Positions 52,300 to 62,392 of a stretch of DNA of 64,000 nucleotides are shown here, piece by piece. A program made the position numbers and the translations under genes. The notes below the pieces were generated by a model, which worked only from the letters and a program-made list of their open reading frames with translations, ran no database searches and was not told the DNA's origin. The stretch spans positions 729,607 through 793,606 of the forward strand of contig RDEW01000001.1 in NCBI GenBank assembly GCA_011109175.1. Direction: 5' to 3'. The stretch's first letter is position 1, and every line of letters begins with the position of its first letter. This stretch comes from Dicyema japonicum. Taxonomy: Eukaryota > Animalia > Dicyemida.

Positions 52300-54845
52300 G
52301 CGAAATTTTTAGGTCAAAATTTCGCATTTATAAAGTCAGAAAAATCCCCCAAATTATAACAAACATAAAATTGGGGATGATGAGTAACGCTGTAATCAGC
52401 GAGCGTATCATCACTGCGGAACTGAATTGTCTTCTAGGACTCACAAAAAAATAAAAAGTTAAGAAATTTTTAAATGTCTTAGATAAGACTTGGATTAATA
52501 AACATTACTGCTATTACATAGTAAGTAATTAAGTAGACATCTAGTAGAATAAAGGTCGGACCAATTAAACAATTTACTATCTTATCCTATCCACAAGAAG
52601 CACATAAAAGCAACAAAAATTTAATAATGAATTCGTGTATGAATTAACGATTTATGTATGAATTCCTTTTTTGACACCTATTAATGAACATCTGCATTAT
52701 TTGTTAATGCTGGTTTTACTTTTAATATTCAATTCACTTCAATTTATTCTCTTAGATTAATCTTTTTTTAAATAAAAACGTTTTAATACAAACACAAACA
52801 GTTAACAACTAGTGGCCAGTCTCATAATTGAGATCCCATTTCTCCTGACGATTTAAAGGAAATACGTTTTCAATTTAAAGATATATTAACTCAATTGACA
52901 ACAAATATTTATTCGATTGTGTCATAAAATAGTTATTTTGATAATTTACGAATATCGCTGATTAAATTTTCCTTCGAACATTAAAGATTCTTCCAAAACA
53001 GAAGGACTTATTGTGGATTACGATAAAATATCATGAAATTATTAAAGACAGTTAACATTGCATAATGAATAGGACTTTCTTGATCAATGAATTCATGAAA
53101 ATAAATATAATTATAAATTTAAAATAAATATCATTTGTTTCAAATTATTAAAAATAAATTCATTAATATAACAAGTGACCTAAATTATACACATCGACGT
53201 GTTCATTTTACATAATTATGTTGTTGTTAATATTTTTGTCCTCAATCACGAATTTCGACTTTGAACATCGAATGTCAGTATATGTAAAAAGTTTATTGAA
53301 AAGTACACTTACAAATGTATTTTATAAATAATAATGGTAGACAAACAATCATTCAATTGAAACTATTTCTGACTACTTTTATGATGAAATGCCAATTACA
53401 ATCAAAACAAATAACTTGATCTACCAATTTTTTATTGAATTCTCAGACAAATTTTACAACATCTCAATAAAAATAGAATTAAATTCTAGTATTTAATAGT
53501 TAACACTCAAAGATAATAAAACCTACACAAATACAACAAATCTTCCAAATATTAAACATGGAGATTATTACAGATGCGGATATATGCCAGTAAGTTTTGA
53601 GAATGGTTATACTCTCACATTATATTCTTTGGTGATAGAATACTACACTAACCAATCATATCCATATTTTATTAGAAAAGGTTTGATATAATTAAATTCA
53701 GCACATGACTGTGATCCATCTAACGATCCAAATGTTCGATATTGGTATTTTATTGCGGAAAATCCTCTGAAAGGAATATTAAGTGGAAATTTTAGAATCA
53801 CACGTTTTTATAATCACAATGTTGAAATAGTAAATTGTATATTTTAATATTAGATTGATGATTTGTTATTATTTTTCGCGAATCTGGATTCGAAGATTAA
53901 CTTTGATAACAATAGTGTTGAGTTATCTCTTAAGGGGAATATTTTAGAGATACTTTTTACATTTATTTTGTCTCAAAACAAATATTATATCTCCAATATT
54001 CAGATAGTCATCGATAAAATCTATAATGGGTCTTGGAGTCCTAATAAGAGCAAATTGATTGATGTTGGAAATTCCTGTAACTTCAAATTGTCACTCACTA
54101 AATTTTCTGATGACATATATGCTGAGTTTTCATCATTTAAGGCACAAATTCTTCAAAGTGAGTTTAATTCCCATTATACTGGAAAAGGTTTGATTTTTCC
54201 TGAATTTTAGAGTCGGAGTGTTTTGAAAAAGAAACTCATGGAAAAAATACAAATTCCAATGATTCAAAAAATTTTATAATTATAGGAGTTATGTTCTCTT
54301 TTCTAACTCTTACAATCATCGGAGTCATCACATTTGTTACTAAATGCCGAAATTTGATAAGACCAATGGAATATCTTCCTGTTCTTTAATTGCTATTAAT
54401 TTTCTCCTTGTTTTATTTTATTTTAATTACTCCCAAGCACGTTCATAATAATTTCGTAAATTATCATTTTTCAAGTAGCTCTTTTTTTGTTTTTTTTCTT
54501 AAGTAGTCAAGGTCTTCTGTATTTTCAACTTTTTTTTCCGATATCGTGATTATGGGAAACGCCCAGACAGGATCATAGTTTTTTTTATTCTCTCTGGAAA
54601 AATTTGATTTGCAATGTGGCATATACCAGATTTCATTAGCAGACCGTTATCACCGAGACGAGTGAAGTCATAGGGCCTCAAAAAATCTTTTTTTAAGATC
54701 GTTAGGTCAATGATATCGATGTCGAGCAACCTTCTATATGAATTGTAACAATCGATTTTGCCGAATAATGACCTAGAATTTATCAGCGCCGAGCGATCTG
54801 ATTCTGTCTAGCAGAATCAATGATTTGCTTCCTTTAAATTTTGAC
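52300..54845 (+). repeat. LAMP-like gene cassette, copy 3
   Basis: Collinear with copy 2; the upstream flank lacks ~250 bp present at 42010-42250. Confidence 0.9.
53218..54389 (+). CDS. LAMP-like type-I membrane glycoprotein, ~350 aa, 6 exons, intact
   Basis: Same five tiny introns (first at 53317-53340); the spliced frame is stop-free and ends KCRNLIRPMEYLPVL*. Confidence 0.85.
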
Positions 54846-54849
54846 AGAA

Positions 54850-55810
54850 GACTTTCTTGCTGATGCGTCGAGTATCTGCTTCGAGAGCCATAGTTCCAAC
54901 TTTTTAAAAATTTTTGAGCGTGCTGAATCTCTGATTGAATGCTTCTGTCTTTTGAGCCAAGAATGATTTCATCGACATTGAAGAATATTAGTCAGTTTTC
55001 ATTACAAGTTTGTGGCATGTCGTTTATGTTGAGATTAAAAAAGGCACGCAGTAGTGGGATCCTTGAGGGAGTTTATTTGGTATGAGACGGGATTTTGACT
55101 TTATGTTATTGGAAATCACTTGTCCATATCTCCCACTTAATAAGTTGGCAATCCATAGTTTTATGTTTGGGTGGATGCATGTTTCGTAAATTTTCTCAGA
55201 AGGAGTTTTCTTGAGACTGTGTCGAAGCCTTTGTTATATCAACAGAGACCAAGTCTGTTCGTTGGTGTGGTTTAGTAAAATTGAATCTCTTTGCATGAAC
55301 TGGCGCTTCCAAGGATTGTTCGAATACTTGTTGGATGCAAGGGGTCAATAATTCGAAGAGGAGAGATGCTGTCTCGTTAAACCAGACCCCATCAACCAGG
55401 ACAAACNGGTGGATGCATGTATCGTAAATTTTCTCAGAAGGAGTTTTCTTGAGACTGTGTCGAAAGCCTTTTTTTATCAACAGCGACCAAATCTGTTCGT
55501 TGGTGTGGTTTAGTAAAATTGAATCTCTTTGCATGAACTGGCGCTTCAAGGATTGTTCGAAAGTGATGAGAGAAGTACTCTTGTAGAGCTTCTCGATAAT
55601 TCGAGGAGATGTGCTATTAAACTGGCATATGGACTTGATTTAAAGTCTAAATTACAGCCTAGTGGTGAGAGACGCGCAAGATCCATTGAGGAAATATTGC
55701 ACCACTTGAAAAAATAATTATTGTTAGATGCAAGGGGTAAATAATTTATAGAGGAGACATGCTGTCTCGTTAAACCAGACCCCATCAACCAGGACAAACT
55801 CGTTGGCATC
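54850..55810 (-). mobile_element. Jockey/CR1-like RT remnant (partly duplicated at N55408)
   Basis: Across frameshifts: LVSVDITKA/FDTVSRKLLLRK...WIANLLSGR...LPQGS...LFNLNINDMP. Confidence 0.75.
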
Positions 55811-56571
55811 TCCCTTTTTAATTAGTTTTTATGTTAATAAAATTATCTATATATTTTCTATGAGAGTCTACATTTTGAAAGAATTCAATATTCGACGTCA
55901 CTGTGACTAGACGTTCGCTAAATTATGATTGTTCATGTGGTTGAATGATTATGTGACGTAACATTTTCAAGTCCTAAGAGGCACAAACTGATCAAGCTGT
56001 GCATTTAAAAATGATTTATCTCTCTACTCCACTAGAGAGGTTCCACAATGGCGGATAGATGAACCTGACTCATGAAATTCGCTTCACTCCTACCATGGGG
56101 ACGAGATATACCTTAATTACACTTTAATTAACTATAACTCAATTAGCTCATTTTAGGGGGTTTTGAGGTATCTGTTAAGGATTACGTCTGTAGTGCCATT
56201 AATTTAATTTACCCAACTCTCCTTTCAAAAAGTCCACGAGGAACCATGACCGCGGATGTAACATGAAAAATACTTTAAATTGTCAGATTGAAGAAATAGC
56301 CACGTGGGCCAACGCCCATGATTGGGGACTTTGATAAAACTTACAAAAGATTAAAGTTGGAAATTTTTAGAATTATCATTAAAGGTCACACTAATTGAAC
56401 GATTGACAGGTGGCATCTAAAGATTTTCAGAACTAAAAGTCTTATCCGGTTCTTGAAAAACGTATTGTCCAGACAAGTAGGCCAGTTATAAATGACTAAC
56501 ATATGTGCAAGCTCGTATCCCTAGATATTAGGCAAATGGTGTAAATCCAAAAAATCCGCATCCTTCTAGGC

Positions 56572-56605
56572 CAGGGGTCTCAAACATGTGAGTCGCATGC
56601 GGCCC
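56572..56605 (+). mobile_element. Solo hAT (Charlie/Buster-like) terminus
   Basis: CAGGGGTCTCAAAC...TGCGGCCC is a typical hAT-Charlie end; no partner end found. Confidence 0.5.
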
Positions 56606-56767
56606 AAAAATAATCTAAAAAATAATATAATTTTTGTTATTTATTTTTAATTAAAATAATTTTGACAGTTTATTAATTTACTTTTTTGTTTTTCTGAAAA
56701 TTAAACTTCATCAAGGCTCGAAAGTCACCTTAAACACCTGACCAAAAGCCTTCTGGCTGAACGCCAT

Positions 56768-56797
56768 CGGATCTGAAGGTCGTGGGTTCGAATCCGA
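56768..56797 (+). other. tRNA 3'-half-like remnant (SINE head or pseudo-tRNA)
   Basis: GATCTGAAGGTCGTGGGTTCGAATCC gives a variable loop plus T-arm/B-box; no A-box or acceptor stem seen. Confidence 0.45.
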
Positions 56798-57737
56798 AAG
56801 ATGAAGTTTTCAGCGTAGGTCAATTCTTGTCAAATAGATCCCACCTGTGAGACAACGAGTCATTCTGGCACGACACAGTAGTTAAAAGGAATCTTCCTAC
56901 CTTTCTACCTGACAAAATACTTTGATGAAGACTACATTATGAAAACTATTTTGCTAAAAAGTGAAGTGATAACCACGACGGTAGGACGTGGGACAAAAAT
57001 AGAAGAAGGCGAACCTACTTATCCACCTCTCTTCGGAAGCCTGTAATGAAATATTGGAAGATGGATTTGGTCGGCACAAGCAGATGTTCTCCCTTTGGTT
57101 CTTTCCTTGGATTACTTAGTTATTACTAGGACAATTTTTTTAAATTTCTAAAAATAGCATCTAAAAATTATCATAAATCTATAAATTATAAAACATAATG
57201 ATGTAATTTTTAACATCATTTTTATTAAAATTTCTCTTTTTTGAGAGTTTCAATCTGACACTCAAAAGTGTGCCAAGTTGTAGTACTCAACCAAAGTCCT
57301 TAATGGGGCTCGGATCTCTTCGAAGCAAGCCTCCTCCAAACTGGAGAGAAATTCTTCCGTTTTCTCTTTTATTATTAAAACAAAAAATGTCTACTATCTG
57401 ATATAGCTCATAATCATATATATTATCACATAGACCAAGTAGGTAGCTGTTTGAGAATCGAGCTAATCTCGACTTGAGCGACATCACTAACCACTATTCT
57501 ACGATTAACAAACATGGAATAGATTATCCTTTAATTACTAAAATTTCTGAGTGAAAAGTTAATATTATCAGATTTAATAACAATAATATTATTATTATTT
57601 AATAATAATAATTATATAATGGTGGTCACGAAAGGTATGTCAATCATGCAGTCCCCACTGCGCTTACATAACAAACGCAAAAATTTAATACGGCTTATCA
57701 AAATATGAAAATTTCAACTTATTTGAATAGTCAATGA

Positions 57738-58389
57738 ATGAACTCTCGCCCTTCGCTCTACGTCAAAATACCATACGTGCAACTGCTACAAGGAGGCGCC
57801 ACTGGACCTCCGGTTGCCAAGGACATCCCGAAATTTGAACGGACGTTTCTTGGTAAAAGGCCACCACCACGGAAATACAAGACTATATATTTGGACGACT
57901 TGCTGCCACCCCCTGGGCTCCCCCACGGACTAGAGCGGATAATTCATGCTTCGAGTCCGAATATTCCGCCGATTGTCTACCAACCAAGCCATCCAGAGTT
58001 GGTTCCTTCCAACAACCTGTTGCAGAACTATTTCATTCTTCCCTGCCAGCAAATATCTGCTGTCATGACGCCCGCAGAAACCAATATGCCAAAAGAATCT
58101 TCAAAAACGATTCGTCGAAAGCGCTGCGGTTATTGTGGACCTTGCAAGATTCGCAAAAATTGTAACCAGTGCAAAAATTGCATAAAACGGAAAGTACTGA
58201 AGCAGTCATGCATCTACAGAAAGTGCGTATATCTGCGCGACGGGGGGGTATATATACTTATTATCGCAGAATTTTGCCGCTTTATATGAAGCGGGAATTT
58301 TCTCCAAAGTTGACCCTTCTCAAGAGATTTCTATTCTTAATTATGACTTGCCAACGTTGATCCCCAAGGATGTTGTCGACGAAGACTGA
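57738..58389 (+). CDS. CXXC zinc-finger protein (CXXC4/CXXC5 Idax-like domain), 209 aa, one 22-nt intron
   Basis: RRKRCGYCGPCKIRKNCNQCKNCIKRKVLKQSCIYRKCVYL; removing GT-AG 58248-58269 extends the frame to ...KDVVDED* at 58389. Confidence 0.8.
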
Positions 58390-58477
58390 CAGTTTCACTG
58401 ATAAAAGTAGGACTAATTTTGATATATTGCCGATTTTTGCATTCTTAATATTATGTTAGACAATCCACCGAGCACAT

Positions 58478-61400
58478 TTAATGTAGTCGTCCCTCCATAT
58501 CTGTAATTTTCGACTTCTCCACGGATTTAAGTTCCATTTTCATATCTTCATTGATGCGGTATACTGATGGCCCTCGTAGTCGTCCCTCCATATAAGTAAT
58601 TCTTGACTTCTCCACTGATTTAAGTTCCACTTTCATATCTTTATTGATGCGGTTAACTGATAGCCTTCCATAGAGACTGAGAACAAATTGGTTGTCAATA
58701 CTCGAAAAGTTCCGATATAGGCTTTCCCAGCAGTAGGGAATTGTTTGAATCCCTGATATTGAAGGTTTCACTGGTTTGTCCTAAAAAATCTTGGCCTTGA
58801 AGGCCCCTCAAGCAGAAGTGGACCAAGTAATGCAACTTTGTGCGCGCAATTATTAGGTTAAGGGTCTCCAGTAGGCAGACTGTTGGGTTGAAACTGATCA
58901 CCTCTCCCTCTAAGAGGCTAGTCTTCAGCAGAGCTAGAGAGATAATTCCCCTCTCTGTGAAGGTTGAATATGCCTCTTCGAATGAGCTCGTAGGACATAT
59001 TTCTCCTTGTTTTCTTCAGCATTGAGGCTGAAAATGACACGGAGAACAATTGGGAGATCACTTGGAAAAAGAATCGAGATCTTATGACCACAACTGGACT
59101 TCTGAACAGTAGGATCCTCCCATTCTGCCACAGACTATTAAGCCAGGCCTCGCAGTCTCGTATCCTTTCTATTTCGGCTACCTCTTGGGCTTCTTCTAAC
59201 GTGACGAACAAATCCCAGCCATTTTTGTACGATTTAAGGCATGCTCCCAATTAAGAGGAAAAATCCGTCCATCTCCATGGAAGCCAAGATTTTCGATTCG
59301 CTCCAAGGTTTTTTCGAAAGGTTCCCTCCACGGAAAGAGGGTATCCGTGAAATTTGTGATAATGACTCTACAGTTGACCAGTTTGAGCTCATTCTTGAGG
59401 ACTTTTTCCAGGTGAGCTCGATACTTATCGAGGGGAATAATTGAGTCCTCCCCATAGTTCTCAAAGAAACTCGATAGCTCGTTTCTATGGATACTTTAAA
59501 GAGAAACTTTAGTTCTTCCAAATAATCCGCTACATTTTGTAAAATAGTCAGAATTTTCAAAATTTCTCGCCAAATTTGAATTTAGGTTATTCTCATTCTT
59601 GGTGGCTTCCACTAGAGACAGTCTCGCATCTGGACAATTCAGGTAAAGGATTCTAAGTAAACTGTGGATTTGATCTGACGAGTCTTTGAAGTTCTCAATA
59701 TTGAATAAAAACATAATAAGTGCCTTAGGGGATTTGTAAAACTGCAAAAATTCTACAAAGTTCTCCTGGAATTTCACATCGTACAAATAAAACGTATTTT
59801 GTTATCCGAAAACAGTCTAAGACGCCACAAACGTTGTGATTGTCTGTTATGGGAAGAAACTTTGAGTTATGTTTGATGAGGTTGCGAACTAAGTTAGTTT
59901 TCAAACTCTGTGGAGGGCCAATGACCAAAACCTGAAGAATTAAGAAATCTACCTTTCTCACACAGCCTTTGGTTGCCTTCTGGACGGAACTCTGTCTTAA
60001 ATATTCAAAAAAACAAATGGACGAATTTGAATTCAATAAGTTTTTTGGGACGTCTTTTAAGTGGTTTCCAATCAGCTAGAGAACAGATGAAGCTTCTTGG
60101 GATGGTGGAGATGCTGTTGTCAGACAAATCTAAGTCTTCAACAAAGATAGCGCAGATATTGTCTCCGTAATTAAAGAGAGAGTTTCCTCTAAGTAGGAAA
60201 CGTCGAAGGTTTTTAAGGGATCCGATTTTGTGGGGTAAAACTTTCAGTTTATTGAAATTGAGGTCGAATTCTTCCAAAGTCTCAAAATTATTGATTAAAT
60301 TCGTAAGCAGTTTTATCAAATTTCCTGCCAAAAAGAGCTTTCTGAGGCTTTTGATATGGTTTTCGCTGTCTGGGAAGACTTTAATTCTGTTATAACTCAT
60401 ATCTAGGACCTACTCTTAAAAACATTAAACCTTAAGATTCTCTAAAGTTAGGAATACTTTAGGGACTTCTTGGAAGTAACTGTGGTTCAAAATAAGCTCC
60501 ATAAGTTAAAAGCTCCGCACGGTGCCAACACTGTTTAGAGAGATCCTGCCCAGACTGAGCTCCTGAAGAGCCTCACACTCAAAAATTAAGTAAGGAAAGT
60601 GCTCTAAGTCCTGACCCGATCGGATTTCCTCAACTGAGCCTCAACCTTACATAGTTTCCCCATGTCCATTTTAATATTTCTAAGCTACAAGGTATGGATC
60701 TGTTGTATCTTTGGAAGACGCTTTAGGGTGTCTGGAAATGACGATATTTTGCAACCCCATAAGAATAAGTACATGAGGTCCAAACACCAAAATCCAAAGG
60801 AAGGGAAGTGATCCCTGTGTGGGAGATATTGAAGCTGGTCATTGACTCTAAATATCCGAATTCTGGTAGGATTTTCTATAGTGAGTGGTAAGCCTAACGA
60901 AAGCTTTGGGTTCTTCGAGAAGTCGAGGATTCTAAGAAACTTTAATATCCACACTGTGGGGCCCTGTGTGGGAGATATTAAAGCTGATCATTGACTCTAA
61001 ATATCCGACTTCTGGTAGGATTTCCTATAGTGAGTGGTAAGCCTACCGAAAGCTTTGGGTTTTTCGAGAGGTCGAGGATTCTAAGAGACTTTAATATCCA
61101 CACTGTAGGGGGCACATGAGTTAGGCTTCATTTAGAAAAGATTAAGGTCTTTAGATTGAGTTTTGCTAGCTCGGTCGGAAATCCCACGGTTTCTCCAGGA
61201 TTCATACATTTGATAAAATCTTTTTGTAAAATTGAATTCCAATAGGTTTTTAAGGTAGATGACCTCAGTGGAGACCGATCTGAGTTTGTTGTTGCCAAGG
61301 ATCAGCTTGGTTACGATCTCCTGTTCGTTTTAGCTCGGTAGGAAATCGCACGGTTTCTCCGGGATTCATACATTTGATAAAATCTTTTTGTAAAATTGAA

Positions 61401-61560
61401 TTCCGATAGGTTTTTAAGGTAGATGACCTCAGTGGAGACCGATCTGAGGTTGTTGTTGCCAAGGATCAGCTTGGTTACGATCTCCTGTTCGTTTTCTGGA
61501 TTCAGAGTGAGGGGTACAGCTTGCTAGCATTTCTTTGATTCTGTTGATTCCCAGATTTGT
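58478..61560 (-). pseudogene. LRR-Roc-COR (ROCO; LRRK/MFHAS1-like) gene, disrupted
   Basis: LRRs (LRKLFLAGNLI, LEEFDLNFNKL, LRRFLLRGNSL), degenerate P-loop VLVIGPPQSLKTNL, Roc-like QFYKSPKALIMFLF..LSLVEAT, COR-like WLNSLWQNGRILLF; stops, frameshifts and internal duplications. Confidence 0.7.
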
Positions 61561-62392
61561 GAAATCTAGGTGCTTATCCCCACTTTCTGTGTAGGAGTGT
61601 ATCTGAATAGACTCTCGTTTGAGGTTGGAGAAGCTAAGCTATAATAAACTAAAACCCCCTGAGTTTAATCTTTTTGGTTGGTTTTACAGTTAATGTCGAT
61701 TTTTCCCAAACAATGCTTAGCAACTATTAATTGGTTTTAAAAGTAATAAATTTTAATGAGGGACTAAAGACAGTAAGAACTTATTGGGAGTTGGCCCTCA
61801 TGATCACAAGACCAATAATATTGGTAGTTACGTTCTTGTCATCGACCGGTTTCCTTCACTTGAGTGGACTGGGAGTAAATAAATCACAAGACAAATGTTT
61901 GAAAGTGATATTATGCAGTTCTGGATTTTCTTTTCTGTGTTTCAACATGCCAGCTGATCTTGATAAAATCCATCGTTCCGGACCCAAACAGTTCAGGTGT
62001 CCCAAAATTTACTGAGTTTAAAAAAAAGTCTCTTCAGTTACGTTATTTTTGACAATAATTGGTGCCTTGTTCTCGCATCAAATTTAATACCTCGCCCCCT
62101 TGTTGAAAGCGTTATAACAGAATGCGAAAAGAAAACCAATGTTTTGAAATGCCTACAGGCTTCTGGAAGAACGGAAAGCATACTGTTTTGAGCACCATAT
62201 ATAAACAATAAATTGAACCATGCATCTCTTGCGCATGTGGTATATGGGACCCATTCATCTCTTTGACAAATCGAGGCTAGCATTATTATCATGCCTCACC
62301 AAATTCATAAGAAATATTTAACCTTCAGTCAATATAAGAAATAATTTAATATCAGTGATTAAAATTAAATTAAATTTTAATTTAAATTGTAG

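Noticed and set aside
56745-56805. Functional tRNA gene
   Set aside because: Only the T-arm/B-box half is recognisable; no A-box, D-arm or acceptor stem pairing
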